A stretch of DNA of 32,000 bases from Cupriavidus necator (GTDB lineage Bacteria > Pseudomonadota > Gammaproteobacteria > Burkholderiales > Burkholderiaceae): contig NZ_CP066018.1 in assembly GCF_016127575.1 (NCBI RefSeq), positions 3,120,001-3,152,000 of the forward strand, read 5' to 3'. Both the position numbers and the translations under genes were made by a program. The notes under the pieces were generated by a model that ran no database searches, was not told the origin of the DNA, and saw only the letters and a list, made by a program, of their open reading frames with translations. Every line of letters starts with the position of its first letter. The first letter of the stretch is position 1. Below are positions 1-12,053 of this stretch, piece by piece.

Positions 1-1
1 C

Positions 2-1096
2 GGCATCGTGGTGCAACGCGGCGCGACGCCGGTGGCAGCTTCGGGCCGCACGCTGTACGACTACACCACCACGGCCAACCTGCTGCAGCACTGCGCCGCG
101 CGGGCCACCGCGCTGACCCAGGCGCCGTTCTACACCAACCCGGCCACGGCGACGTTCTTTGCCAACCGCTGCCAGACGCTGGCGGAAAAGGGGCTGGTGA
201 GCGGCGCGAACACGGACGAACAGAGCGCCAGCGCGCTGCAGGCGCTGCATGACGCCGGCTGGGAAGCGGAATCGGACGATCTGCACCCGTCGCTGGCCGT
301 GTTCGACGTGGCCGCCGCGATCTCGGTCAACTATGCCAACGCCTATGCGCAGGCCAGCGTCACCGACCGGCTGTGCGGCTACAGCTTTGCCAGCACGCTG
401 ACCGACCTGAAGCCCGCGGCAATCGCACCCGCGGCGCTGGCGTCGATGTTCGCCACCGGCAACGGCGTGCCGCCGCAGCCGCCGGTCCAGCTGATCAATG
501 ACCTCGATCCGCAGCATGGCCCGTACCTGAACCTGGCGTCTGTTTCACCGTCGACGCTGCGTGAAGACCTGAACTACGACGGCGCCAACTGCCTGCGCAG
601 CCTGCTGGCCGGCTCCGACGCCGCGGCACGCGCCTTGCAGGCCGGCCAGGCGCTGACGCTGCGCAACGGCAACCTGCGCGGCAAGCCGGCGGTGATCGTG
701 CACGGGCGCAGCGACGGGCTGCTGCCGGTCAACCATACCTCGCGTCCGTATCTCGGCCTGAACCGGCAGCAGGAGGGCGTGACCAGCAAGCTGTCATACG
801 TGGAGGTCGAGAACGCCCAGCACTTCGATGCCTTCATCGGCCTGGTGCCGGGCTACAGCAACCGCTATGTGCCGCTGCACGTCTACCTGAACCGGGCCCT
901 GGATGCGGTCTACGACAACCTCACCGCGGGCAAGGCGCTGCCGCCGTCGCAGGTGCTGCGCACCACGCCGCGCGGCGGCACCCTCAACACGCCCGCGCCG
1001 GCGCTGCTGCCGTCCAACGTGCCGCCGTTCGCCGCGTCGCCTGCGGCCGGCAACGCGATTACCGTCAACGCTAATGCCGTACAGGTGCCTGACTGA
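2..1096 (+). CDS. C-terminal part (5' end cut by window edge) of an alpha/beta hydrolase, most likely D-(-)-3-hydroxybutyrate-oligomer hydrolase (3HBOH family)
   Basis: The frame is open from the window edge to TGA 1094-1096. The motifs VIVHGRSDGLLPVNHTSRPY and NAQHFDAF look like the Asp/His end of the 3HB-oligomer hydrolase family as I remember it. The stop overlaps the start of a MaoC hydratase gene, which fits a PHA-metabolism context. The family call is from memory. Confidence 0.55.
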   Translation, partial: GIVVQRGATPVAASGRTLYDYTTTANLLQHCAARATALTQAPFYTNPATATFFANRCQTLAEKGLVSGANTDEQSASALQALHDAGWEAESDDLHPSLAVFDVAAAISVNYANAYAQASVTDRLCGYSFASTLTDLKPAAIAPAALASMFATGNGVPPQPPVQLINDLDPQHGPYLNLASVSPSTLREDLNYDGANCLRSLLAGSDAAARALQAGQALTLRNGNLRGKPAVIVHGRSDGLLPVNHTSRPYLGLNRQQEGVTSKLSYVEVENAQHFDAFIGLVPGYSNRYVPLHVYLNRALDAVYDNLTAGKALPPSQVLRTTPRGGTLNTPAPALLPSNVPPFAASPAAGNAITVNANAVQVPD

Positions 1097-1977
1097 TGAA
1101 CGATGCCCTGCCGCGCGTGCTGTCGCAGCGCGACTTTGACCGCTTCGCCGCCTTGTCGCACGACGACAACCCGATCCACTGCGATCCGGCCTTTGCCCGT
1201 GGCACGCATTTCGGTGCCACCGTGGCGCACGGCATGTTCCTGTTTTCGCTGCTGTGCGCCCACACCTGGCGGCAGCTGCCAGGGCCGGCGTTGCCGGTCG
1301 GGCAGACGCTGATGTTCCCGACGCCGGCCTTCGTTGGCGACACAGTGCAGATCGCGCTGGCGCCGCAGCACACTCCGGCGGGACTGGCGGGCTACGGCAC
1401 CACCGTTGGCAGCGCGGGCGGGCCGGGCGAGGCGCAGCGCGTCACGGCCGTGGGCGAATCGCTCTGGCTGCCGGATGCCGGGCCGGAGGGACTGGCCCGG
1501 CTGCCCGGCGACACGGCACCGGCGCCAGAGGCGGGCGACGCCTCACTGTACGGCCTGCGCCCCGGTCAGGAAGCCGGTGCGGCACGCGCCTTCACCCAGG
1601 CGGACCTGGACGACTACATCACCCTGACCGGCGACGCCAACCCCTACCACGCCGATCCGGCCTTTGCCCGCGCGCGCGGGTTTGGCGGGCCGGTGGTGCC
1701 GCTGCCGCTGCTGGCCGGCATGTTCTCGGACCTGCTCGGCACGCGGCTGCCCGGACGGGGCACGGGGTGGATGAAGCAGTCGCTGCGCCTCGCTTCAGCC
1801 GCGCGGCTGGATGAGCCGCTGACGGCATGCGTGCGCATCATGCGGCTGCGCGCCGGCAAGGACCTGGTCAACCTGGCCAGCGTGGTCACCGGCGCGGACG
1901 GGCGCGTGGTGGTGCAGGGCGAATCACTGGTGCTGGTGCGCAACCTGGCGGACAAGGGGGCCTGCCGCGCCGCCTAG
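1096..1977 (+). CDS. MaoC-like (R)-specific enoyl-CoA hydratase/dehydratase with two tandem hotdog domains
   Basis: There are two MaoC signature segments: FAALSHDDNPIHCDPAFARGTHFGATVAHGMF and YITLTGDANPYHADPAFARARGFGGPVVPLPLLAGMF. ATG 1096 overlaps the upstream stop (TGATG), suggesting translational coupling. Confidence 0.8.
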   Translation: MNDALPRVLSQRDFDRFAALSHDDNPIHCDPAFARGTHFGATVAHGMFLFSLLCAHTWRQLPGPALPVGQTLMFPTPAFVGDTVQIALAPQHTPAGLAGYGTTVGSAGGPGEAQRVTAVGESLWLPDAGPEGLARLPGDTAPAPEAGDASLYGLRPGQEAGAARAFTQADLDDYITLTGDANPYHADPAFARARGFGGPVVPLPLLAGMFSDLLGTRLPGRGTGWMKQSLRLASAARLDEPLTACVRIMRLRAGKDLVNLASVVTGADGRVVVQGESLVLVRNLADKGACRAA

Positions 1978-2063
1978 CTGCGTATCGCTTGCGGCACTTG
2001 CGAGCGTGGGAGCGGCGGTTGTCGACATAGCAGCGGATCGGGGTCATTGCTTGCCGGCGCGGC

Positions 2064-2091
2064 CTTGAAATGTCGCGACAAAGCCTTATCT
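2064..2091 (+). promoter_or_regulatory. Candidate sigma-32 (RpoH) heat-shock promoter of clpB
   Basis: CTTGAAA (2064-2070), a 13-nt spacer, then CCTTATCT (2084-2091). The remembered consensus is CTTGAAA-N13/14-CCCCATnT. It lies about 110 nt upstream of the clpB ATG, and clpB is a classic RpoH regulon member. Confidence 0.55.
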
Positions 2092-2200
2092 TTCGGAAAG
2101 ACATCCAGTGTCCGGCAGGGCATACGGGCGCTCCGGCAGCGAAGACCGGCGCCGACGCCCCCGCATCAGGACACGACCTTATCCGAGAGAGGGAATCCTT

Positions 2201-4789
<2,589 letters not shown>

Positions 4790-4842
4790 GGCTACCGTGG
4801 CTCGATCGACTGCCGGAGCACACAGGCGGTCGATCATGGTCA

Positions 4843-4875
4843 GGCCCCTGCGCTGCATCGCAGGGGCTTTTTTTC
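4843..4875 (+). terminator. Rho-independent terminator of clpB
   Basis: Stem GGCCCCTGCG (4843-4852), loop CTGCAT, stem CGCAGGGGC (4859-4867), followed by a run of seven T. Confidence 0.85.
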
Positions 4876-5067
4876 GTCTTGCCATCGCGCGTTGCGTGTA
4901 AGGCGGTCCCGTCCCGTGCAATTTTTTCACGCCACGATGCCGCGGGTCGTCGCCAGCCGCGCCGTTCCGCGCCATCCGCCGAGTGGCACACTTCTCGCGT
5001 TGCGGAAGGGTTGAGTTTCCGTACAAGGCGCTGCGCTGACGCAGCCCCATCCCCAAGGAGCCCTTCA

Positions 5068-5607
5068 ATGACCGACAAGCCTTTCCTCTCTGACGTCAAG
5101 ACATTGCGCGAGCGCGCCCGCAAGCACATCGACGATGGCGCCGTGACCGCGGGCTATGCCGCGGATCGCGATACCGTGCTGAAGCTGCTCAACGATGCGC
5201 TGGCCACCGAAATCGTCTGCGTGCTGCGCTATCGCCGACACTACTACATGGCCAAGGGGCCCAACTCGAAGAGCGTCGCCGATGAATTCCTGGCCCATTC
5301 CAATGAAGAACAAGGCCATGCCGACCAGATCGCCGAGCGCATCGTCCAGCTTGGCGGCGAGCCCGACTTCGCACCCGACGGCCTGACCAGCCGCTCCCAT
5401 GCTGAATATGTGGCGGGTACTTCGCTGACGGAAATGATCAAGGAAGACCTGGTGGCCGAGCGCATCGCCATCGACAGCTATCGCGAGATCATCCAGTTCC
5501 TGGGAGAACGCGATCCGACCTCGCGCCGGATGATGGAGGGCATCCTGGCGGTGGAAGAGGAGCATGCCGACGAAATGGCTGACCTGCTCGCCCGCCAGGG
5601 CGGCTGA
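5068..5607 (+). CDS. Ferritin-like / bacterioferritin-family di-iron protein (179 aa)
   Basis: ATG 5068 is preceded by AAGGAG (5055-5060). It has a four-helix ferritin-like pattern with two ExxH ligand motifs (EEQGHADQIAERI and VEEEHADEMADLL). The track's 4879 start has no SD and non-coding-looking sequence. Confidence 0.75.
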   Translation: MTDKPFLSDVKTLRERARKHIDDGAVTAGYAADRDTVLKLLNDALATEIVCVLRYRRHYYMAKGPNSKSVADEFLAHSNEEQGHADQIAERIVQLGGEPDFAPDGLTSRSHAEYVAGTSLTEMIKEDLVAERIAIDSYREIIQFLGERDPTSRRMMEGILAVEEEHADEMADLLARQGG

Positions 5608-5744
5608 GGCGCAGGCGCGGCAGGCTGGCCCGCACTTGACCTTGATCAACCCCAGGTCGCAGGCAAGCCGATAACATTCGTCCTGTCATGGAGATGCGGG
5701 GGCGCTCTTCATGACTTGTCTACCCGTTTCCAGAACGGAAACTT

Positions 5745-5782
5745 CGCCCGCACCGGCTTGCCGGTGCGGGCGTTTTCTTTTT
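5745..5782 (+). terminator. Strong Rho-independent terminator 138 nt downstream of the ferritin-like gene stop
   Basis: A perfect 12-bp stem: CGCCCGCACCGG (5745-5756), loop CTTG, CCGGTGCGGGCG (5761-5772). It is followed by TTTTCTTTTT and preceded by a second small hairpin GTTTCC-AGAAC-GGAAAC (5726-5742). Confidence 0.8.
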
Positions 5783-6015
5783 GGGGCGTGACCCATCATC
5801 CTCCTTCCGCTCAGCGATGCCGCATGCCCCGTGCGCCGGCATGTCCATATTTCCGTCCGATCTTATGCAAAAAACAGCAAAGGATCGGCGAAACCATTCG
5901 TTCCGTTCAGATAGCCCCCTCGGTAGTCTTGCTCCTGACACAAGTCCGCCACCCAAGGCGGACAAGGCAAGAGGCGCCTCGCGCCCATTCACGACACTGA
6001 CGGGAGCAACACAAG

Positions 6016-7020
6016 ATGATCCGCAAACTGGCTATCAGCCTGGCCGTACTTGGCGCCCTGAGCGCGGCGCAGACCGCTGCGGCCGCCAACCTGCTGAACG
6101 TTTCCTACGATCCGACACGCGAGCTGTATGTCGATGTCAATGCCGCCTTTGCCAAGGCCTGGAAGGCCCAGGGCGGCGACGCCGTGACCGTGCGCCAGTC
6201 GCACGGCGGCTCGGGCAAGCAGGCGCGCTCGGTGATCGACGGGCTGGATGCCGACGTGGTGACGCTGGCGCTGGGCTATGACATCGACGCCATCGCCGAC
6301 AAGGGCCTGATCAAGCCGGACTGGCAGAAGCGCCTGCCGCACAACGCCTCGCCGTACACCTCGACCATCGTGTTCCTGGTGCGCAAGGGCAATCCCAAGG
6401 GCATCAAGGACTGGGGCGACCTGGTCAAGCCGGGCGTGCAGGTGATCACGCCCAATCCCAAGACCTCGGGCGGCGCACGCTGGAACTACCTGGCGGCGTG
6501 GGGTTATGCGCTGCGCCAGCCGGGCGGCAATGACGTCAAGGCGCGCGAGTTTGTCGGCGAGCTGCTCAAGCATGTGCCGGTGCTGGATTCGGGCGCGCGC
6601 GGTGCCACCACCACCTTTGTCGAGCGCGGCCTGGGCGATGTGCTGATCGCGTGGGAGAACGAAGCCATTCTGGCGATCAAGGAACTGGGCCCGGACAAGT
6701 TCGACATTGTCGCGCCGTCGGTGTCGATCCTGGCCGAGCCGCCGGTGGCGGTGGTCGACAAGGTGGTCGACAAGAAGGGCACGCGCAAGGCGGCCGAGGC
6801 CTACCTGCAGTTCCTGTACACCGACGAGGGCCAGGAGATCGCGGCCAAGAACTACTACCGCCCGATCTCGCAGAAGGTGGCGGCCAAGTACGCGGCCAAC
6901 TTCCCCAAGGTGAAGCTGTTCACCATCGATGAAGCCTTCGGCGGCTGGCAGAAAGCCCAGAAGACCCACTTTGCCGATGGCGGCACGTTCGACCAGATCT
7001 ACCAGCCCGGCAAGAAATAA
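6016..7020 (+). CDS. sbp: Sulfate/thiosulfate ABC transporter periplasmic binding protein
   Basis: 334 aa with a Sec signal ([24 protein letters not shown]). Mature region [13 protein letters not shown]...[15 protein letters not shown]...[14 protein letters not shown] is typical of Sbp/CysP. Confidence 0.9.
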   Translation: MIRKLAISLAVLGALSAAQTAAAANLLNVSYDPTRELYVDVNAAFAKAWKAQGGDAVTVRQSHGGSGKQARSVIDGLDADVVTLALGYDIDAIADKGLIKPDWQKRLPHNASPYTSTIVFLVRKGNPKGIKDWGDLVKPGVQVITPNPKTSGGARWNYLAAWGYALRQPGGNDVKAREFVGELLKHVPVLDSGARGATTTFVERGLGDVLIAWENEAILAIKELGPDKFDIVAPSVSILAEPPVAVVDKVVDKKGTRKAAEAYLQFLYTDEGQEIAAKNYYRPISQKVAAKYAANFPKVKLFTIDEAFGGWQKAQKTHFADGGTFDQIYQPGKK

Positions 7021-7093
7021 CCCACGAGACCGGCGCGCCGGGCCGCGTGGGGCGGCCGCGGCGCCGACCGGTCCATCAGAAGAAGGAAGCGCG

Positions 7094-7717
7094 ATGTCCA
7101 TCCTGACGCTCTCCGGCAGCCCGTCGGTCCAGTCCCGCTCCGGCCTGGTGCTGGCGCACCTGCGTGCCACGCTCGAGGCTGCCGGCGAACGCACCCGCCA
7201 CCTCGACCTGCGCGAACTGCCGGCGGGTCCGCTGCTGGCGGCACGCGTGGACGACCCCGTCATCGCCGCCGCCACGCATGCCGTGTCCGAGGCGCAGGTG
7301 GTGGTACTGGCCACGCCGGTCTACAAGGCCGCCTACAGCGGCCTGCTCAAGGCCTTCCTGGACCTGCTGCCGCAGACCGGCCTGCGCGACAAGATCGTGC
7401 TCCCGATTGCCACCGGCGGCAGCCTGGCCCATGCGCTGGCGATCGACTACGCGCTGCGCCCGGTGCTGTCCGCGCTGGGCTCGCGCCAGATCCTGCCCGG
7501 CATCTTTGCCGTGGACCAGCAGATCGAATCCTTTGACGCCGCCGGCGTGCGCCAGGCGCGCTTCGATGCCGCGCTGTCCGCGCGCCTGGACGAGGGCGTG
7601 CTGCGCGTGCGCGATGCGCTGGCGCATTCCCGCATCGAGGTGCCGCTCGACGTGGTGCCCGGCGCCCTGGTCCAGCGTGCCGCCGCGATCGCGGTGGCCG
7701 AGCGATGTTCCGCCTGA
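7094..7717 (+). CDS. ssuE: NAD(P)H-dependent FMN reductase of the alkanesulfonate system
   Basis: MSILTLSGSPSVQSRS...ATPVYKAAYSGLLKAFLDLLP...LPIATGGSLAHALAIDYALRPVLSAL aligns closely with E. coli SsuE as recalled. ATG 7094 follows GAAGGAAG. Confidence 0.9.
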   Translation: MSILTLSGSPSVQSRSGLVLAHLRATLEAAGERTRHLDLRELPAGPLLAARVDDPVIAAATHAVSEAQVVVLATPVYKAAYSGLLKAFLDLLPQTGLRDKIVLPIATGGSLAHALAIDYALRPVLSALGSRQILPGIFAVDQQIESFDAAGVRQARFDAALSARLDEGVLRVRDALAHSRIEVPLDVVPGALVQRAAAIAVAERCSA

Positions 7718-7875
7718 ACTGACTGATTGACTGAAGTGGCGCCGGCCTGCCCGGCGCGACGGCAGCGACGCCATGCCACCCGCCACGCGGGGCCGGCAGG
7801 GATGCGTGCTGCCGCAGCCATCCTGGACATCAATCCGGCCAGCAGGGCATTGCCCCGGGCCATGGAGGACATCGC

Positions 7876-8904
7876 ATGACACTGACGAACCCGTTGCGCA
7901 CGGCCAACCAGCGCCGCCGCCTGATTACCGCCGCGCTGGTGCTTGCCACCGGCCTGGCCTATGGGCTACTGCCCGGCCGCGCCGAAGCGCAGTCGAAGAA
8001 CATCGACCCCAAGGTGCTGCGCATCGGCTACCAGAAGTACGGCACGCTGACGCTGCTGAAGGCGCGCGGCACGCTGGAAAAGCGTCTGGTGCCGCAAGGC
8101 ATCACCGTCAAATGGACCGAGTTCCCCGCCGGCCCGCAACTGCTTGAGGGGCTGAACGTCGGTGCCGTCGATTTCGGCACCGTCGGCGAGGCGCCGCCGA
8201 TCTTTGCGCAGGCCGCGGGGGCGCAGCTGGTCTACGTCGGCAATGAGCCGCCGGCGCCGGTGGCGGAAGCCATCGTCGTGCCCAAGGGCTCGGCGATCCG
8301 TTCGGTGGCGGAACTGCGCGGCAAGCGCGTGGCGCTGAACAAGGGCTCGAACGTGCATTACCTGCTGGTGCGCCAGTTGGAGAAGGCCGGCATCCCTTAC
8401 AACGAGATCCAGCCGGTCTACCTGCCGCCGGCGGATGCGCGTGCCGCCTTCGAGCGCGGCGCGGTCGATGCCTGGGTGATCTGGGACCCGTTCCTCGCCG
8501 CGGCCGAGAAGCAACTGGGTGCGCGCGTGCTCGCCGATGGCCGCGGCGCGGACGGCAAGAACGTGGTCAGCAACCACCAGTTCTACCTGGCCTCGCGCCC
8601 CTATGCACAAGCCAAGCCGGAGATCGTCAGCCTGATCCTGGACGAACTGGCCACGCTGGGCACCTGGGCGCAAAGCAACCCAAAGGAGGCCACCACGGTG
8701 CTGACCGGCGAAACCGGGCTGCCGGCCGATGTGCTTGAGCTCGCCGTTTCGCGCTTCTCGTACGGCGCACGCCCGGTCAGCGCCGGGGTGCTGGCCGAGC
8801 AGCAGCGCATCGCCGACGCCTTCCACTCGCTCAAGCTGATCCCCAGGCCAGTCAAGGTGGCCGATGCGCGCTGGGACGTGCCGCAGCAGCAGGCGAAGCG
8901 ATAG
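7876..8904 (+). CDS. ssuA: Aliphatic sulfonate ABC transporter substrate-binding protein
   Basis: 342 aa. The N-terminus has a Tat-like QRRRLITAALVLA signal. The body (LRIGYQKYGTLTLLKARGTLEKRL...) is of the SsuA/TauA NMT1 type. It sits between ssuE and ssuD. Confidence 0.85.
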   Translation: MTLTNPLRTANQRRRLITAALVLATGLAYGLLPGRAEAQSKNIDPKVLRIGYQKYGTLTLLKARGTLEKRLVPQGITVKWTEFPAGPQLLEGLNVGAVDFGTVGEAPPIFAQAAGAQLVYVGNEPPAPVAEAIVVPKGSAIRSVAELRGKRVALNKGSNVHYLLVRQLEKAGIPYNEIQPVYLPPADARAAFERGAVDAWVIWDPFLAAAEKQLGARVLADGRGADGKNVVSNHQFYLASRPYAQAKPEIVSLILDELATLGTWAQSNPKEATTVLTGETGLPADVLELAVSRFSYGARPVSAGVLAEQQRIADAFHSLKLIPRPVKVADARWDVPQQQAKR

Positions 8905-8938
8905 CCACCTCCATCGGCAAGAACAATAGGACAACGAC

Positions 8939-10102
8939 ATGCAAGTATTCTGGTTCATCCCCACCCACGGCGACAGCCGCTACCTCGGCACTTCGGAAGG
9001 CGCGCGCGAGGTCAGCTTCGATTACCTGAAGCAGGTTGCCGTCGCCGCCGATACGCTGGGCTACGAAGGCGTGCTGATCCCGACCGGGCGCTCATGCGAA
9101 GACCCATGGGTGGCCGCATCGGCCCTGGCCGCCGTCACGCAGCGCCTGAAATTCCTGGTCGCGGTGCGCCCCGGCCTGATGGCGCCGACGCTGGCTGCAC
9201 GGATGGCGGCAACCTTCGACCGCATCTCCAACGGCCGGCTGCTGATCAACCTGGTCACCGGTGGCGATACCGCCGAGCTGGAAGGCGATGGCCTGTTCCT
9301 GGACCACACCGCGCGCTACGAGGCCTCGGCCGAGTTCCTGCGCATCTGGCGCCAGGTGCTGGCCGCCAGCCATGACGGCGACAAGGTGGACTACGAGGGC
9401 AAGCACCTGAGCGTGAAGGGGGCCACCGTCCTTTATCCGCCGCTGCAGCAACCGCATCCGCCGGTGTACTTCGGCGGTTCGTCGGCGCCGGCGCATGCGC
9501 TGGCCGGCGAGCAGGTCGATACCTACCTGACCTGGGGCGAGCCGCCCGCTGACGTGGCGCAGAAGCTCGACGACGTGCGCCGGCAGGCCGCGCGTCATGG
9601 CCGCACGGTGAAGTTCGGTATCCGCCTGCATGTGATCGTGCGCGAGACCGAAGCCGCCGCCTGGGCTGCCGCGGACGACCTGATCAGCCGGCTCGATGAC
9701 GAGACCGTGGCGCGTGCGCAAGCCGTGTTCGCCAAGATGGATTCCGAAGGGCAGCGCCGCATGGCCGCGCTGCACGCGGGCGGCGCGCGCCGCACGCGCG
9801 AGGCGCTGGAGATCAGCCCCAACCTGTGGGCTGGCGTTGGCCTGGTGCGCGGCGGTGCCGGCACCGCGCTGGTCGGCGATCCGCACACCGTGGCCGAGCG
9901 CATGCGTGAATACGCCGAGCTGGGCATCGACACCTTCGTGCTGTCCGGCTACCCGCACCTGGAAGAGGCCTACCGCTTTGCCGAACTGGTGTTCCCGCTG
10001 CTGCCGCGCTCGGTGCGCGACAAGCTGCCGGGCAAGGTGCTGTCGGGCCCGTTCGGCGAAGTCATGGCGACTGGCATCGTGCCGCGCGCCGCGCAGAGCT
10101 GA
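8939..10102 (+). CDS. ssuD: FMNH2-dependent alkanesulfonate monooxygenase
   Basis: [18 protein letters not shown]...INLVTGGD... is the luciferase-like SsuD signature. It is 387 aa long, a typical length. Confidence 0.95.
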   Translation: MQVFWFIPTHGDSRYLGTSEGAREVSFDYLKQVAVAADTLGYEGVLIPTGRSCEDPWVAASALAAVTQRLKFLVAVRPGLMAPTLAARMAATFDRISNGRLLINLVTGGDTAELEGDGLFLDHTARYEASAEFLRIWRQVLAASHDGDKVDYEGKHLSVKGATVLYPPLQQPHPPVYFGGSSAPAHALAGEQVDTYLTWGEPPADVAQKLDDVRRQAARHGRTVKFGIRLHVIVRETEAAAWAAADDLISRLDDETVARAQAVFAKMDSEGQRRMAALHAGGARRTREALEISPNLWAGVGLVRGGAGTALVGDPHTVAERMREYAELGIDTFVLSGYPHLEEAYRFAELVFPLLPRSVRDKLPGKVLSGPFGEVMATGIVPRAAQS

Positions 10103-10115
10103 GGGGAGGGCAACC

Positions 10116-10919
10116 ATGAACGCTCCTCTATTGCAGCCGCTGCGCCAGGGACCTCGGGCGCTGGCGCGCGCGCTGGCTCCGTGGATCGTGCCGGTGCTGC
10201 TGATCGTTGTCTGGCAGCTGGCCTCGCAGAACGGCTGGCTCTCCAGCCGCGTGCTGCCGGCCCCGCTGGCCGTGGTGCAGGCCGCGTGGGAGCTGGCGCG
10301 CTCGGGCGACCTGTGGAAGCACGTCGGGGTCAGCACCTGGCGCGCGCTGGTGGGGTTTGCCATCGGCGGCGGGCTGGGCCTGCTGCTGGGGCTGCTGACC
10401 GGCACCTTCCGCACCGCGGCCACGCTGCTCGACAGCTCGCTGCAGATGGTGCGCAATATCCCGGCGCTGGCCTTGATCCCGCTGGTGATCCTGTGGTTCG
10501 GCATCGACGAGACCGCCAAGCTGTTCCTGGTGTCGCTGGGCGTGTTCTTCCCGGTCTACCTGAACACGTATCACGGCATCCGCTCGGTCGATACGGGGCT
10601 GGTGGAGATGGCGCGCAGCTACGGCCTGTCCGGCTGGCAGCTGTACCGCGAGGTCATCCTGCCCGGCGCGCTACCGGGCATCCTGGTAGGCGTGCGTTTC
10701 GCGCTCGGGTTGATGTGGGTGGTGCTGATCGTGGCGGAGACCATCTCCGCGCAATCGGGCATCGGCTACATGACCATGAACGCGCGTGAGTTCCTGCAAA
10801 CCGACGTGGTGCTGGTGGGCATCCTGCTCTATGCGCTGCTGGGCAAGCTGGCCGACTGGCTGTCGCGCGGGCTGGAGCGCTACTGGCTGCGCTGGCATCC
10901 GGGCTACGCCGCGGCCTGA
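10116..10919 (+). CDS. ssuC: Aliphatic sulfonate ABC transporter permease
   Basis: ATG 10116 follows GAGGGGAGGG. The 267-aa polytopic protein has a BPD-transporter EAA-like loop ([25 protein letters not shown]). The track's 9696 start lies inside ssuD in another frame. Confidence 0.9.
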   Translation: MNAPLLQPLRQGPRALARALAPWIVPVLLIVVWQLASQNGWLSSRVLPAPLAVVQAAWELARSGDLWKHVGVSTWRALVGFAIGGGLGLLLGLLTGTFRTAATLLDSSLQMVRNIPALALIPLVILWFGIDETAKLFLVSLGVFFPVYLNTYHGIRSVDTGLVEMARSYGLSGWQLYREVILPGALPGILVGVRFALGLMWVVLIVAETISAQSGIGYMTMNAREFLQTDVVLVGILLYALLGKLADWLSRGLERYWLRWHPGYAAA

Positions 10920-10954
10920 CCGGCCCGTCGTCCCAATCAAGCAAGGAGATCGAG

Positions 10955-11866
10955 ATGCAGATGTATCCGGTAGAGCAGGCTGCGCTGGTGGAACTGGAAG
11001 CGGGCCTCGCGCGCCGCGAGGCGGCACAGCCGGCGGCAGAGGCGCCGCGCAAGGCAGGTGGCGTGGCGCTGCACGTGCGCCAGGTGGTCAAGCGCTATGA
11101 CGGCCGCGAAGTGCTGCACAACGTGGCGCTGGACGTGGCGCCGGGCGAGTTCCTGGCGATTGTCGGGCGCAGCGGCTGCGGCAAGAGCACGCTGCTGCGG
11201 CTGGTGGCGGGACTGGAAGCAGCCGATGGCGGCAGTATCACCGTCGACGGTGAATCCGCGGCGAAAGGCCGCGCGCGGCACGCCGACGTGCGCGTGATGT
11301 TCCAGGACGCAAGGCTGCTGCCGTGGAAGCGCGTGCTGGACAACGTCGCGCTGGGCCTGCCGCGCACACGCCGCGGTGAAGCCGCCGATGTGCTGGCGCA
11401 GGTGGGCCTGGCCGACCGCGCCAGGGAGTGGCCCGCGCGGCTTTCCGGCGGCCAGCGCCAGCGCGTGGCCCTGGCGCGCGCGCTGGTTCACCACCCGCAG
11501 TTGTTGCTGCTGGATGAACCGCTGGGCGCGCTGGACGCGCTCACGCGCATCGAGATGCAGGGGCTGATCGAATCGCTGTGGCGCCGCCTTGGCTTCACGG
11601 CGCTGCTGGTTACGCACGATGTGTCGGAGGCAGTGGCGCTGGCCGACCGCATCGTGCTGATCGAGGACGGCCGCATTGCCATGGATGAGCGCGTGGCGCT
11701 GGCGCGCCCGCGCGAACGCGGCGCGGCGGGCTTTGCGCAGCTGGAGGCCGCGGTGCTGAAGCGGGTGATGCGGCAAGCGCCGCAGGCGCAGGTACCGTCG
11801 CATGCAGGTGCGCATGCCGACCCGGCCGCCACGACCGCGCCGCTGAACGTGAGCTGGGCAGCGTGA
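10955..11866 (+). CDS. ssuB: Aliphatic sulfonate ABC transporter ATP-binding protein
   Basis: AAGGAG lies 6 nt before ATG 10955. It has Walker [14 protein letters not shown], signature [15 protein letters not shown] and Walker B LLLLDEP. The N-terminal extension of about 40 aa is unusually long. Confidence 0.88.
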   Translation: MQMYPVEQAALVELEAGLARREAAQPAAEAPRKAGGVALHVRQVVKRYDGREVLHNVALDVAPGEFLAIVGRSGCGKSTLLRLVAGLEAADGGSITVDGESAAKGRARHADVRVMFQDARLLPWKRVLDNVALGLPRTRRGEAADVLAQVGLADRAREWPARLSGGQRQRVALARALVHHPQLLLLDEPLGALDALTRIEMQGLIESLWRRLGFTALLVTHDVSEAVALADRIVLIEDGRIAMDERVALARPRERGAAGFAQLEAAVLKRVMRQAPQAQVPSHAGAHADPAATTAPLNVSWAA

Positions 11867-12053
11867 CCGTGCCACCCGCGGCAATGTGCGCCGCGCATAT
11901 CGACAGGCCGTAATCTTCATTCGCTCGCGCGCGCTGACCTCCTATCATGAGCAGGCAGGCCGATGCGGTGCGACCGCACAGAGGGCGCATGGCGCGCCCG
12001 TCATCACTAATCCGACCAAGGGGCCGAGGGGCCCGGTCAACCCAAGGAATGCC

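Noticed and set aside
4984-5003. A possible sigma-54 promoter (TGGCAC ... TTGC) upstream of the ferritin-like gene.
   Set aside because: The spacer between TGGCAC and TTGC is 10 nt, not the 5 nt required by the -24/-12 consensus.
5711-5791. A 26-codon ORF (MTCLPVSRTETSPAPACRCGRFLFGA) in the ferritin-sbp spacer.
   Set aside because: It reads straight through both arms of the 12-bp terminator stem and has no SD, so it is most likely a by-product of the RNA structure.
5896-5903. The 8-mer ATTCGTTC shared by the sbp leader (5896-5903) and the cysT leader (13597-13604), considered as a candidate common CysB box.
   Set aside because: A single shared 8-mer between two ~150-230-bp regions is roughly what chance predicts. 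No second half-site or dyad supports it.
5944-5963. A perfect 7-bp hairpin GTCCGCC-ACCCAA-GGCGGAC in the sbp leader, considered as an attenuator.
   Set aside because: There is no T-tract, no alternative anti-terminator pairing that I could see, and no leader peptide. It cannot be distinguished from an incidental GC hairpin.
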